Assembly (NCBI RefSeq): GCF_014280175.1
Contig: NZ_CP047931.1
Span: forward strand, 1,560,001 to 1,592,000
Length of the DNA stretch: 32,000 nucleotides
Reading direction: 5' to 3'
DNA from: Synechococcus sp. A15-28
Lineage (GTDB): Bacteria > Cyanobacteriota > Cyanobacteriia > PCC-6307 > Cyanobiaceae
The stretch's first letter is position 1. Every line of letters starts with the position of its first letter. The position numbers and the translations under genes were made by a program. Below are positions 1 through 9,664 of the stretch, piece by piece. The notes beneath the pieces are model-generated. The model was not told the origin of the DNA. It made no database searches and saw nothing but the letters and a program-made list of their open reading frames with translations.

Positions 1-1
1 G

Positions 2-433
2 CCTCAGCTCGTGGCCCTGCTGAGCCATGTGCTTCAACAAAGCATGAGCAGCCGGATCAGACCTGACTCACTTCAACGGCTCCCGGGTCTGGTGAAAGCG
101 GAATCCGAGCTCAGCCGGCAGCTGGCCAGCGGAGTGGTTGATTCTTTCCTGGATCTATCCAGAACCACCGGCAGCCGGCTGGGCCAGCGTGATCAGACCC
201 TGAATCAACTCGGCACCGACGCGCTGGACCGGTTCTGGGAAGAGCTGGCCAGGGTGTTGGATGACGGAACCGTGCTGGAGCGAAGCCAGACGCTGCTGGC
301 ATCTTTTCTGGAGGATCTCAAGCGCTCCAGCTTCCGTCAGCTGCGTGACCAGGGGGGAGTGGATGACTTGATCAACGAACTCGACGGACTGAATTTCAGC
401 CCTTCAACTGGTTCTGCCAGACCTCAGGCTTGA
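2..433 (+). CDS. conserved hypothetical protein, C-terminal part (open at left window edge)
   Basis: Frame is open from base 2 through a stop at 433; ORF track 11..433. Helical sequence, no recognised domain. Confidence 0.6.
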   Translation, partial: PQLVALLSHVLQQSMSSRIRPDSLQRLPGLVKAESELSRQLASGVVDSFLDLSRTTGSRLGQRDQTLNQLGTDALDRFWEELARVLDDGTVLERSQTLLASFLEDLKRSSFRQLRDQGGVDDLINELDGLNFSPSTGSARPQA

Positions 434-749
434 AGCCGACGAGCACCTGCCCCTCTGATGTCACCACAAACGGTCGCTTGATCAAACGGCCGTCTGCGGC
501 CAAGGCATCGAGAGCTTCGTCATCGCTCATCGCCTTGACCACTGCTGCCCCGAGGGCCCGGTAACTCTGACCGCTGGTATTGAACAGGGGTCGGCGTCCT
601 TCGAACTGTTCCATCGCTGCTGCGAGCAAAGAACGAGACGGTGGATCAGCCGTGATATCGATCACGACATGGTCGATGTCGTTCTCCTTGAGCCAGGACA
701 GCGCTTTCCTGCAGGTGCTGCAGCGGCTGTAGCTGTAGGCCTGAAGCAT
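396..749 (-). CDS. Spx/MgsR/ArsC-family (arsenate reductase-like) protein
   Basis: 117 aa with N-terminal CSTC (YSRCSTCRKALSWL) and the ArsC/Spx-like pattern RPLFNTSGQSYR...LIKRPFV...VGFKPEVW. Confidence 0.85.
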   Translation of the reverse strand: MLQAYSYSRCSTCRKALSWLKENDIDHVVIDITADPPSRSLLAAAMEQFEGRRPLFNTSGQSYRALGAAVVKAMSDDEALDALAADGRLIKRPFVVTSEGQVLVGFKPEVWQNQLKG

Positions 750-760
750 TCCTGCAGGGA

Positions 761-1120
761 TCAGCGACCGAAGAGAGATTTGATCGCGCCGATCAGGCTG
801 TTGGAACCTTTGCCGACACCCTCTGCAGGACGTGTGCGAACGGTTACGTCCCCGTTCACCGTGGTCCTGCAGCTGAGACGGAAACTGGCAGGACGATCAG
901 CCAGATAAATCTCTTCCACATCGCTGCGGGGAGAGAGGTTGGACTGTCCTTCCACCACTTCCATCACGCAGGTTCCGCACTGGCCGACGCCACTGCAGTT
1001 GTTGAGGTTGTTGACACCGTTGTATGGGTTGATCCCGGCATCGAGGGCCGCCTTGCGGAGGTTCGCGCCTTCAATGCATCCAACCTGCTGGCCTTCCTGC
1101 TCGAATCGGATGGTGGGCAC
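761..1120 (-). CDS. 2Fe-2S ferredoxin-type protein
   Basis: 119 aa; CSGVGQCGTCVMEV...LSCRT gives the C-x5-C-x2-C...C ferredoxin pattern. Confidence 0.88.
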   Translation of the reverse strand: MPTIRFEQEGQQVGCIEGANLRKAALDAGINPYNGVNNLNNCSGVGQCGTCVMEVVEGQSNLSPRSDVEEIYLADRPASFRLSCRTTVNGDVTVRTRPAEGVGKGSNSLIGAIKSLFGR

Positions 1121-1191
1121 GGGTCGTACGGAATCTCAAGTGCGCACCAACCTACAAGCATCCGACCATGGATCTGCCGGTGGGCTGAGAA

Positions 1192-1701
1192 TCAATTGGC
1201 CGCTCGGATGCACTGGTCGAGAAGTGGAGGGACGGCATCCGCATCTCTCCAGCCGCTGACTGCAATGGAACGCCCTTCAAAACTTCGGTAAGTCCGGAAA
1301 AACTCAGCAACCTCCTCCAGTTGAGAAGGCGCAATTTGACGAATGCTGTGGATGTCCCGCTGACCAGGGTCTGCCTCAGGAACGCAGAGCAGCTTCGCGT
1401 CGTCGACGTTGTCTTCTCTGAGGTCGAGCAGACCAATGGGACGTGCACGAAGCAAACAGCCGGCGAACGTGGGCTCGGCCATGATCACCATCGCGTCCAA
1501 GGGAGCTCCGTCAGGAGCCAGGGTGTTGGGAACGATCCCGTAGTCGAAGGGGTAACGGATCGAGGAATGGAGAACCCGATCCAGACGCATGACTCCAGAG
1601 GAGTGGGAATAGCTGTATTTATTGCGGCTTCCAGCGGGAATCTCCACCAGAAGGTTGATCAGGCCTGAAGACGGTGAGGGGGACAGGCGGCTGAGATCCA
1701 T
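1192..1701 (-). CDS. soluble inorganic pyrophosphatase paralog with altered active-site residues
   Basis: 169 aa; VEIPAGSRNKY, DRVLHSSIRYPFDYGIV, DGAPLDAMV, VDDAKLLCVP and FFRTYRSFEG align with family I PPases; the canonical DGDPxD motif reads DGAPLD. Confidence 0.82.
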   Translation of the reverse strand: MDLSRLSPSPSSGLINLLVEIPAGSRNKYSYSHSSGVMRLDRVLHSSIRYPFDYGIVPNTLAPDGAPLDAMVIMAEPTFAGCLLRARPIGLLDLREDNVDDAKLLCVPEADPGQRDIHSIRQIAPSQLEEVAEFFRTYRSFEGRSIAVSGWRDADAVPPLLDQCIRAAN

Positions 1702-1915
1702 TGCGATCGAGGGCAGTTGGTATCAGCCGCGAGGGCAGCGGTCCACGGTCTGAGATCACAGCAAGCATCGGAGCTGTGACGCTGAGAAGAGCGATCGTCA
1801 GGCCGGCAAGAGCGAGGGACGGTGAACCCGGACTGAATGGTTCTTCTTGCTCGTCGTGGGACGACGCTTCGTTTTGAGACGACTGGGCTGGGTCTGAAGC
1901 CATGGCCTGGAACAC
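1619..1915 (-). CDS. small hypothetical protein with one predicted hydrophobic segment
   Basis: 98 aa with LALAGLTIALLSVTAPMLAVI; overlaps the 5' end of the pyrophosphatase paralog by 83 bp. Confidence 0.4.
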   Translation of the reverse strand: MFQAMASDPAQSSQNEASSHDEQEEPFSPGSPSLALAGLTIALLSVTAPMLAVISDRGPLPSRLIPTALDRNGSQPPVPLTVFRPDQPSGGDSRWKPQ

Positions 1916-1975
1916 GCTCGGGCGCGCTCGCTTCCATTCACAAACAACAGATCGATTCTGTCACTGATCCTGGCC

Positions 1976-2572
1976 TCACGCAGCGGGCCTGTCCTGCCGG
2001 TCGCGATGAGCCTTGAGATCCGACATCGGGCGGTCCAGCCCCTCAAGGTGGGAGCGGATCCCCTTCAACTCATCGAGGATGGCACCCAGCATCTGCTGGG
2101 TAGCGGTGGACGGTGAGTTAAGGACCTCAACCGTGACCTCCTTAATACGGAGCACATCCTTGGCGAATCGTGCCACCTCATTGGGATGAAACAGCAGCGG
2201 ATCTTTTTGATCACTGCGATATTCAGGATTCAGCTTCCTGGGATTGAACGGGGGATTGAGATTGCGTGGATCGGTATTGGTGTAGCGATAAACCGAAGCT
2301 CTCGAACGATTCAGAGATTTCTGGACTTCGTCAATACCAACCAGGGCTTCGGCATCCGAGGAAGCCGCGGCCTGTTCGAGGGCAATTTCCACCGATGATT
2401 GAACGTGGGAAGACACAGATTCAACCGAGCGAGGAAACATGAGACGACCCTTGGACAGCCTGGACTGAGCGGACGGTAGCAGCTGAGACTCAGGTCGCAC
2501 AGTGGTTTTCGCAGGGGTCAGACAGTTATATGATCGGCATATTCCAGGATCAGTGATAGCTTCTCTGGCCAT
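1976..2572 (-). CDS. conserved hypothetical protein
   Basis: 198 aa ORF divergent from proS; contains VGIDEVQKSLNRSRASVYRYTNTDPRNLNPPFNPRKLNPE, a possible DNA-binding-like segment. Confidence 0.6.
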   Translation of the reverse strand: MAREAITDPGICRSYNCLTPAKTTVRPESQLLPSAQSRLSKGRLMFPRSVESVSSHVQSSVEIALEQAAASSDAEALVGIDEVQKSLNRSRASVYRYTNTDPRNLNPPFNPRKLNPEYRSDQKDPLLFHPNEVARFAKDVLRIKEVTVEVLNSPSTATQQMLGAILDELKGIRSHLEGLDRPMSDLKAHRDRQDRPAA

Positions 2573-2586
2573 CTGAAAGTACGGCT

Positions 2587-4368
2587 ATGCGCGTCTCCCG
2601 CCTGATGCTGGTGACGCTGCGCGATGTGCCAGCCGAAGCCGAAATCAAGTCCCACCAGCTGCTGCTGCGTGGAGGTTTCATCCGCCGTGTGGGCTCCGGG
2701 ATCTACGCCTATCTGCCGATGATGTGGAAGGTGCTGCAGCGCATCACAACGATCATCCGAGAAGAGATGAATCGTGCCGGGGCACTGGAAACACTCCTGC
2801 CTCAGCTGCATCCTTCGGAGCTCTGGCAACGCAGTGGGCGTTGGCAGGGATATACCGCCGGCGAAGGAATCATGTTCCACCTGGAGGATCGCCAGGGGCG
2901 TGAGCTTGGTCTGGGGCCCACCCATGAAGAGGTGATCACCAGCCTTGCCGGCGAGCTGCTGCGTTCCTACCGACAGCTCCCTGTGAACCTGTACCAGGTT
3001 CAGACCAAGTTCCGGGATGAAATTCGCCCCCGTTTTGGCCTGATGCGGGGGCGTGAATTCATCATGAAAGACGCCTATTCCTTTCACGCCGACGAAGCGG
3101 ATCTGCAGGCGACCTACGCAGTCATGGACAGGGCCTACAAACGTATTTTCGAGCGCTGTGGCCTGAAAGCTGTGCCGGTGGATGCCGACAGCGGCGCCAT
3201 CGGTGGTGCCGCTTCGCAGGAATTCATGGTTACGGCGGAGGCCGGAGAGGATCTGCTTCTGATCAGCGACGACGGTGCCTACGCCGCCAACCAGGAAAAA
3301 GCGGTGTCACTCCCTGACGAGGTCACTCCCCTGAGCCCGGCTTCACTGAGCTGCCTCGAGACCCCTGGGCAGACCTCGATCGACTCCCTCTGCTCCGCCC
3401 AGGGCTGGCAGCCGGGGCAGCTGCTGAAGGTGCTGCTGCTGCTGGCCGTTCTGGAGGATGGCCAACAGCAACCTGTGCTGGTGTCCCTCCGGGGAGATCA
3501 GGACCTGAATGAGGTGAAGCTGGTCAATGCGTTGAGTCGCCACTTGGAACAGGGCGTCCTCGACTGCCGCCCGATCACCGCTGACGATCTTCAACGTCAG
3601 GGGGTCACCGGCATTCCCTTCGGTTACATCGGTCCGGATCTGGCCGATGCGGTGCTGAGCGCTGCCTCGAGCTGGACGAAGACCTTTCTTCGCCTGACGG
3701 ACACCACAGCGGCGGCGTTGGACCAGTTCCACTGCGGCGCCAACGTCATGGACCAGCACCGCAGCCACTGCAGCTGGAATGAACTCGGTGGTGTCCCGGA
3801 GGACAAAGACCTGCGCAAGGCCCGTGCGGGTGAGCGTTGCGTTCACAACCCCGACGCCCGGCTCCAGGAGAAGAGGGGCATCGAGGTGGGCCACATCTTT
3901 CAACTGGGGCGCAAATACTCCCAGGCCCTCGACAGCTGCTTCACCAACGAGAACGGCCGTGATGAACCGTTCTGGATGGGTTGCTACGGCATCGGTGTGT
4001 CACGCCTCGCCCAGGCAGCCGTGGAGCAGCACCACGACGATGCCGGTATCCGCTGGCCCGCTGCGATCGCTCCCTATGAAGCCATTGTGGTGATCGCCAA
4101 TATCCAGGATCAGGGGCAGACCGATCTCGGTGAATCCGTCTACACAACACTGCAGCAGGCGGGCATCGATGTGTTGCTGGATGATCGTAAGGAACGCGCC
4201 GGCGTGAAGTTCAAAGATGCCGATCTGATCGGCATCCCCTGGAGGGTGGTCATCGGCCGTGAAGCCGCCGAGGGCAGCGTGGAATTGGTTCAACGATCCA
4301 ACCGCGAGATGCGGAAACTGCCCCACGGCGAAGCGATCGACGAACTGATCAAGGCCCTGCGCCCCTAA
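2587..4368 (+). CDS. proS: prolyl-tRNA synthetase
   Basis: 593 aa; MRVSRLMLVTLRDVPAEAEIKSHQLLLRGGFIRRVGSGIYAYLPMMWKVL, class II motifs, LGPTHEEVIT, GCYGIGVSRL. Confidence 0.97.
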   Translation: MRVSRLMLVTLRDVPAEAEIKSHQLLLRGGFIRRVGSGIYAYLPMMWKVLQRITTIIREEMNRAGALETLLPQLHPSELWQRSGRWQGYTAGEGIMFHLEDRQGRELGLGPTHEEVITSLAGELLRSYRQLPVNLYQVQTKFRDEIRPRFGLMRGREFIMKDAYSFHADEADLQATYAVMDRAYKRIFERCGLKAVPVDADSGAIGGAASQEFMVTAEAGEDLLLISDDGAYAANQEKAVSLPDEVTPLSPASLSCLETPGQTSIDSLCSAQGWQPGQLLKVLLLLAVLEDGQQQPVLVSLRGDQDLNEVKLVNALSRHLEQGVLDCRPITADDLQRQGVTGIPFGYIGPDLADAVLSAASSWTKTFLRLTDTTAAALDQFHCGANVMDQHRSHCSWNELGGVPEDKDLRKARAGERCVHNPDARLQEKRGIEVGHIFQLGRKYSQALDSCFTNENGRDEPFWMGCYGIGVSRLAQAAVEQHHDDAGIRWPAAIAPYEAIVVIANIQDQGQTDLGESVYTTLQQAGIDVLLDDRKERAGVKFKDADLIGIPWRVVIGREAAEGSVELVQRSNREMRKLPHGEAIDELIKALRP

Positions 4369-4393
4369 AGTCCCGCTCAATATTCCCCAACCC

Positions 4394-4819
4394 ATGATCT
4401 CCGCCCTGGCCCGACTGATCCAGCAACTGTCCAGGGCAGCGGTCGCCCTGGTCCTCGGCCTGAGTCTCCTGCTGACCGCCTGCAGCGGTGATGCCGAGGC
4501 TCGTCTCACCGGCGATTACGTCGAAGACACCGTTGCCGTGGCCCATAACCTGCGCGAGGTCATCGATCTGCCGCAGGATGCCGCCAACAGGGGTGACGCG
4601 GAATCCGAGGCCAGGGCATTGATCAACGATTACATGTCCCGCTACCGGCCCCAACCCCGGGTGAACGGCCTCAGCTCCTTCACCACGATGCAGACCGCCT
4701 TGAACTCCCTGGCCGGTCATTACGCCTCCTACGCCAACCGCCCCCTGCCGGAGGCCCTGCACGACCGCATCGCCAAGGAACTGGGCAAAGCTGAGAAGGC
4801 CGCTGTCCGCGGAAGCTGA
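4394..4819 (+). CDS. psb27: photosystem II assembly lipoprotein Psb27
   Basis: 141 aa; lipobox LLLTACSG, then LTGDYVEDTVAVAHNLREVIDLP...AEARALINDYMSRYR typical of Psb27. Confidence 0.9.
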   Translation: MISALARLIQQLSRAAVALVLGLSLLLTACSGDAEARLTGDYVEDTVAVAHNLREVIDLPQDAANRGDAESEARALINDYMSRYRPQPRVNGLSSFTTMQTALNSLAGHYASYANRPLPEALHDRIAKELGKAEKAAVRGS

Positions 4820-4905
4820 GCAACGGTTTGCGGTGAGGTCTTTGACAGACCACCGCTGGTTCCGACATAGTCGCAGATTGTGCAGATTCGCGGCTTCGGG
4901 CCGCA

Positions 4906-6225
4906 GTGTCATTGGCCAACGTTGTCGTCATCGGAGCTCAATGGGGTGACGAAGGAAAGGGAAAGATCACCGATCTCCTCAGTCGCTCCGCCGATGTGGT
5001 GGTGCGCTATCAGGGCGGTGTGAATGCAGGGCACACGATCGTCGTTGACGACCGTGTGCTGAAGCTTCATCTGATCCCTTCCGGAATCCTTTACCCGGAC
5101 ACGATCTGCCTGATCGGATCCGGCACTGTCGTGGATCCGAAGGTGATGCTCGGTGAGCTGGACATGCTCATCGCCAATGACATCGATATCTCAGGGTTGC
5201 AGCTGGCCTCCACGGCCCACGTGACCATGCCTTACCACTGCCTGCTGGATCAGGCGATGGAGAAGCAACGCGGTGACCGAAGGATCGGCACCACGGGTCG
5301 GGGAATCGGTCCCACCTACGCCGATAAATCCCAGCGCAGCGGGATCCGTGTGATCGACCTGCTGGATGAAGCGCGGCTGAGGGAACGCCTCGAGGGACCT
5401 CTCCGGGAGAAGAATCAACTGCTGGAGACGATCTACGGCGTCGACCCCCTCGATCCCGAGGCGGTAATCAAGGAGTACTTGGGCTACGGCAAGCGCTTGG
5501 CTCCCCATGTGGTGGAGTGCACCCAGGCCATTCATCAGGCGGCCCGCGACCGCAAGAACATTCTGTTCGAAGGTGCCCAGGGCACTCTGCTGGACCTCGA
5601 TCACGGCACCTATCCCTACGTCACCTCCTCTAATCCAGTATCCGGTGGGGCCTGCATCGGTGCCGGTGTGGGACCCACCCTGATCGACCGGGTGATTGGC
5701 GTGGCCAAGGCTTACACCACACGCGTCGGCGAAGGGCCTTTCCCGACGGAACTCAGCGGCCGACTCAACGACCAGCTCACCGAGCGAGGCGGCGAATTCG
5801 GAACCACCACGGGACGACGACGTCGCTGCGGTTGGTTCGACGGCGTGATCGGCCGCTATGCGGTTCAGGTGAACGGCCTGGACTGCCTTGCCGTCACCAA
5901 GCTGGATGTGCTGGATGAATTGGATGCCATCCAGGTGTGCGTCGCCTACGAGCTGGACGGGGAACGCATCGAGCATTTCCCCAGCAGCGCCGAGGATTTT
6001 GCCCGCTGCACCCCGATCTTCGAGACCCTTCCCGGCTGGCAGTGTTCCACCGAGGACTGCCGCAAGCTCGAGGATCTCCCGGAGGCGGCCATGGCCTACC
6101 TGCGCTTCCTCGCTGACCTGATGGAGGTGCCGATTGCAATCGTCTCCCTCGGTGCCAGCCGCGACCAGACCATCGTTGTGGAGGACCCGATCCACGGGCC
6201 CAAACGGGCGCTGCTCAGCGCCTGA
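4906..6225 (+). CDS. purA: adenylosuccinate synthetase
   Basis: 439 aa, GTG start (alternative TTG at 4912); [57 protein letters not shown]. Confidence 0.97.
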   Translation: MSLANVVVIGAQWGDEGKGKITDLLSRSADVVVRYQGGVNAGHTIVVDDRVLKLHLIPSGILYPDTICLIGSGTVVDPKVMLGELDMLIANDIDISGLQLASTAHVTMPYHCLLDQAMEKQRGDRRIGTTGRGIGPTYADKSQRSGIRVIDLLDEARLRERLEGPLREKNQLLETIYGVDPLDPEAVIKEYLGYGKRLAPHVVECTQAIHQAARDRKNILFEGAQGTLLDLDHGTYPYVTSSNPVSGGACIGAGVGPTLIDRVIGVAKAYTTRVGEGPFPTELSGRLNDQLTERGGEFGTTTGRRRRCGWFDGVIGRYAVQVNGLDCLAVTKLDVLDELDAIQVCVAYELDGERIEHFPSSAEDFARCTPIFETLPGWQCSTEDCRKLEDLPEAAMAYLRFLADLMEVPIAIVSLGASRDQTIVVEDPIHGPKRALLSA

Positions 6226-6263
6226 TCCGCCGGAAGCCATACTGCGGGCTCCGTGTTCCGTCC

Positions 6264-7271
6264 GTGATGACCCGCTTCCCCGGCAGCTGCAGCCTCGATG
6301 TGGTGGGCATCGGTAACGCCATCGTGGATGTTTTGGTGCAGACCGATGACAGCTTTCTGACGGAACACGGCCTCCAGAAGGGCGGAATGGCCCTGATCGA
6401 TGAACAACAGGCTGAGACCCTGTACACCGCCAGTGGTCCCGGACTGGAAACCTCCGGAGGTTCCGTGGCCAACACCATGGTGGGAATTGCCCAGCTCGGT
6501 GGGCGAGCCGGCTTCATCGGTCGGGTGCGCAATGACCAGCTCGGCGGCATCTTCAGCCACGACATCCGTGCGGTCGGAGCCCGTTTCGACACACCTGCGG
6601 CCACCACGGGAGCCACCACGGCCCGCTGCCTGATCTACGTCACCCCCGACGCGGAACGAACCATGTGCACGTTCCTCGGGGCCTCCACCCAGTTGGAGCC
6701 CGATGATCTCGACCTCTCGATGGTGCGCGACACCAAGGTGCTGTACCTGGAGGGCTACCTCTGGGACAGCCCGGCCGCCAAGCGTGCCTTCATCGCCGCG
6801 GCGGAGGTATGCCGTGAGGCCGGTGGCCAGGTCGCCCTTTCGCTCTCAGACGGCTTCTGCGTCGACCGCCATCGCGATAGCTTCCTCGAGCTGGTGAATG
6901 GTCATGTGGATGTTCTGTTCGCCAATGAGGTGGAGATCAAGTCCCTGTACGAAACCGATGATTTCGAAACCGCCCTGGAGAAGGTGGGCGGTTGCTGCTC
7001 TGTGATTGCCATCACCCGTGGAGGGGAGGGATCTGTGGTGCTCAGCGGCGACCAACGCTGGAACATCGGCATCTTCGGCCTGGGGGAGCTGGTGGACACC
7101 ACAGGGGCCGGAGACCTCTACGCCGGCGGATTTCTGCACGGTTACACCCAGGGAGAATCCATGGAGCGCTGTGGTCAGCTGGGGGCCCTCTGCGCCGGGC
7201 AGATCGTCACTCAGCTGGGGGCCCGTCCCCAGGTATCCCTGCGGGATCTGGCTGCGGCCCATCTGAACTGA
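6264..7271 (+). CDS. PfkB-family sugar/nucleoside kinase (adenosine kinase-like)
   Basis: 335 aa; GGSVANTMVGIAQLGGRAGFIGRVRNDQLG and C-terminal DTTGAGDLYAGGFLHG. Confidence 0.9.
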   Translation: MMTRFPGSCSLDVVGIGNAIVDVLVQTDDSFLTEHGLQKGGMALIDEQQAETLYTASGPGLETSGGSVANTMVGIAQLGGRAGFIGRVRNDQLGGIFSHDIRAVGARFDTPAATTGATTARCLIYVTPDAERTMCTFLGASTQLEPDDLDLSMVRDTKVLYLEGYLWDSPAAKRAFIAAAEVCREAGGQVALSLSDGFCVDRHRDSFLELVNGHVDVLFANEVEIKSLYETDDFETALEKVGGCCSVIAITRGGEGSVVLSGDQRWNIGIFGLGELVDTTGAGDLYAGGFLHGYTQGESMERCGQLGALCAGQIVTQLGARPQVSLRDLAAAHLN

Positions 7272-7584
7272 GCTGCTCCAAAGCCCAGTCGCCATAGCCG
7301 GCGGAGGCCTCCGCCGGCCAGGCCAACCATTCAGGGGTGTCGTAGCTGTGCATCTCCATCACGGCCTCCTGCAGCCTCTGCAATTGATGGGTGCTTGTTT
7401 TAAGCAGCAATTGCACCTCCGTCTCACGCTGGAGCTCACCTTTCCAGCGGTACAGCGACTGGAGTGGCTGCAAGGAGACACAGGCCACCAATCGGCGTTC
7501 CAACAGAGCCTCGGCCAGGGCCTCCGCCCTGGCCAGATCCCCCTCCGTGGTCAGCACCAGCATCAGAGGCGAGGGGTCAGCCAT
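7207..7584 (-). CDS. cutA: CutA family divalent-cation tolerance protein
   Basis: LVLTTEGDLARAEALAEALLERRLVACVSLQPLQSLYRWKGELQRETEVQLLLKTS...HSYDTPEWLAWPA. Confidence 0.88.
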   Translation of the reverse strand: MADPSPLMLVLTTEGDLARAEALAEALLERRLVACVSLQPLQSLYRWKGELQRETEVQLLLKTSTHQLQRLQEAVMEMHSYDTPEWLAWPAEASAGYGDWALEQLSSDGPQPDPAGIPGDGPPAE

Positions 7585-8389
7585 CAGCGCAGGGACGTTG
7601 AGGGCTCTGAATCCGCTTCATCAGGCTGACTTCACTCTCCACAGTCTCCACACCTGCGGGGGAGTCAGGACGACGCAGCATCAGCAGCCGCAGGTTCAGA
7701 TCCGCCGACAGACCGCGCCAAAGGCGCTCCGTGACACCACCCGATTGCCGGCAGATCACATCCGTGATCCGCCAGCGGCGACAGAGGGCCCGTTCGATCG
7801 CGCCGGCACAGGCCCCCTGCAGCGGCCGGACCACCGCCAGCTGATCCGGCGGCAATCCGGCCGCCAGCGCCGCCCGGAGACCATCTGCGGAGGGGAGACA
7901 ACGGGCATAGACCTCGGCGCCCACCGCGACGGCAGCACTGTGCACGGCAGGAAGGTGCCGCCCCCCCAGAGCCAAAAGCAGACGCCGGCCGTTGAGATCG
8001 ATTCCTGCCAGGTCACCGATCTGATTCAGCAGCTGCACAGCACCTCCATGCTCCAGCGGCCGTTGCAGCCGCAGCAGGGGCTGGCGGCACTCGGCACAGG
8101 CCCGGGCCAGATCCGTGCTGATGCGCACTGCAAAGGGGTGGGTCGCATCAATCACCCAGCGAAAGACATCACCCCCCTTCAGAGCAGCCTCGATGGCCTC
8201 CTCACCCTGGAGTGGTCCGACAGCGATCCGATCCAGATCAAGCCCGGCATAGGCGCGGGCGGCGGATGGGGTCACCACACTCACCTCAACCCGCCATCCA
8301 TGCCGCAGGAGAGTTGCCGCCAAAGGTGGGCCCTCACCGGTCCCCGACAGCAACCAGATCCGCCCCTGGCCATTCCCCCGACCTTGCAT
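7577..8389 (-). CDS. cobK: precorrin-6A/cobalt-precorrin-6A reductase
   Basis: 270 aa; IWLLSGTGEGPPLAATLL, DATHPFAVRISTDLARAC, LLLALGGRHL, DVICRQSGG. Confidence 0.85.
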   Translation of the reverse strand: MQGRGNGQGRIWLLSGTGEGPPLAATLLRHGWRVEVSVVTPSAARAYAGLDLDRIAVGPLQGEEAIEAALKGGDVFRWVIDATHPFAVRISTDLARACAECRQPLLRLQRPLEHGGAVQLLNQIGDLAGIDLNGRRLLLALGGRHLPAVHSAAVAVGAEVYARCLPSADGLRAALAAGLPPDQLAVVRPLQGACAGAIERALCRRWRITDVICRQSGGVTERLWRGLSADLNLRLLMLRRPDSPAGVETVESEVSLMKRIQSPQRPCADG

Positions 8390-8418
8390 CAGGATGACCC
8401 CCGTTGACGGTGTAAGCC

Positions 8419-8862
8419 ATGAACCACTGCGTGCTGGAAGTAGAGGTGATCGACGCGCCGACGGTTCGTTACACCCAGGACAACCAGACCCCCATCGCCG
8501 AAATGCAGGTTCGGTTCGACCCGCTTCGGGAGGGCGATCAGCCCGGTGAACTCAAGGTGGTGGGATGGGGAAATCTGGCCCAGGAACTTCAGAACCGCGT
8601 TCAGGTGGGCCAGCGGCTGATGCTGGAAGGTCGCCTGCGGATGAACACCGTTCCGCGCCAGGACGGGATGAAAGAGAAGCGTGCGGAATTCACCCTGGCG
8701 CGCATGCACCCAATCGGTCAGGGGCAGGCATCCACTCCGAAACCACAGCAACAGCAACCCTCGCCAACGGCAGCTGCTGCTCCACCAGCCAAAGCGGAAC
8801 CTGAGGCCGCAAGTTGGAATGCCGCCCCCCTGGTGCCGGATACGGACGAGATTCCGTTCTGA
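8419..8862 (+). CDS. ssb: single-stranded DNA-binding protein (OB-fold)
   Basis: 147 aa; MNHCVLEVEVIDAPTVRYTQDNQTPIAEMQV...ELKVVGWGNLAQELQNRVQVGQRLMLEGRLRM; Pro/Gln-rich linker and acidic C-terminus. Confidence 0.8.
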   Translation: MNHCVLEVEVIDAPTVRYTQDNQTPIAEMQVRFDPLREGDQPGELKVVGWGNLAQELQNRVQVGQRLMLEGRLRMNTVPRQDGMKEKRAEFTLARMHPIGQGQASTPKPQQQQPSPTAAAAPPAKAEPEAASWNAAPLVPDTDEIPF

Positions 8863-8864
8863 GC

Positions 8865-9083
8865 TCACTGCGCGCTGGACTCCTCCTCCAGCTCGGCGAC
8901 CCTGGTCAGCATCTGGCCGAGTTCCCGCTCCAGTGCTGCCAGGTCCAGGCGCAGTTCAGGCCAGCGCCCTCCATCGATCTGCTGCAGCAACCAGGCGCGA
9001 TCGGCGTCCAGTTGCTGCAGCACAGCGTTGAGATCCTCGGGGGAAGGTCCGGACACGTTCAGCACAAGCCTGCACCGCCCCAT
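8865..9083 (-). CDS. small coiled-coil hypothetical protein
   Basis: 72 aa; EDLNAVLQQLDADRAWLLQQIDGG...LDLAALERELGQMLTRVAELEEE; fits between convergent and divergent neighbours. Confidence 0.6.
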   Translation of the reverse strand: MGRCRLVLNVSGPSPEDLNAVLQQLDADRAWLLQQIDGGRWPELRLDLAALERELGQMLTRVAELEEESSAQ

Positions 9084-9127
9084 CCTGAAGGCCGGGAGGT
9101 CACAATGGCGTCCTTGCCTCGGCGTCG

Positions 9128-9664
9128 ATGAAAGATCTGTTGTCTCCCGGCAGCCTTGTCACCGTTGGCGGTGGCGTTCTCACCGTGGTGGGTGGCGTGG
9201 CTTACGCCACCGGAAGCGCCAACCTGAGCCTGCCAACCATCTTTTACGGAATTCCGATTCTGCTGGGGGGCCTGGCGCTGAAGTCATCGGAACTTCCTCC
9301 CGCCAGACGGGTCACCCCAAAGACGCAGCTGAAGACGGAACGAGAACAGGCGGCACCCGAGCTGGGCAAGCTGCTGGGGGATGTGACCCGTTGGCGCTAC
9401 GGGCAGAAGGCCCATCTGGAATCGTCCCTTGAGGCTCTCAAGCTCTGGGATGAGGACAACCCACCTTCGCTGACAGAAATCGAGGAGCTGTCGTCCGATG
9501 CGGGCTATGGCCTGCGGCTTCGATTTGAAGGCAACGCCGTCCCAATGGATCGCTGGGAAGAGAAGCTGGATCGTCTGGGCCGTTTTTTCGCCGAGGGGAT
9601 GAGGGCGGAACTGAGCGCCGTTGATCAAACCTGTTTCGATCTGAAGCTGCTGCCTGATGCCTGA
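9128..9664 (+). CDS. DUF2854-type cyanobacterial membrane protein
   Basis: 178 aa; N-terminal [50 protein letters not shown]. Confidence 0.75.
   Translation: MKDLLSPGSLVTVGGGVLTVVGGVAYATGSANLSLPTIFYGIPILLGGLALKSSELPPARRVTPKTQLKTEREQAAPELGKLLGDVTRWRYGQKAHLESSLEALKLWDEDNPPSLTEIEELSSDAGYGLRLRFEGNAVPMDRWEEKLDRLGRFFAEGMRAELSAVDQTCFDLKLLPDA

Noticed and set aside
3343-3903. 186-aa minus-strand ORF opposite proS (and the related 4000..4509 ORF)
   Set aside because: Antisense to conserved proS sequence; no recognisable motif.
5191-6240. 349-aa minus-strand ORF opposite purA
   Set aside because: Fully antisense to a clear purA frame; low-complexity translation typical of GC-rich shadow ORFs.
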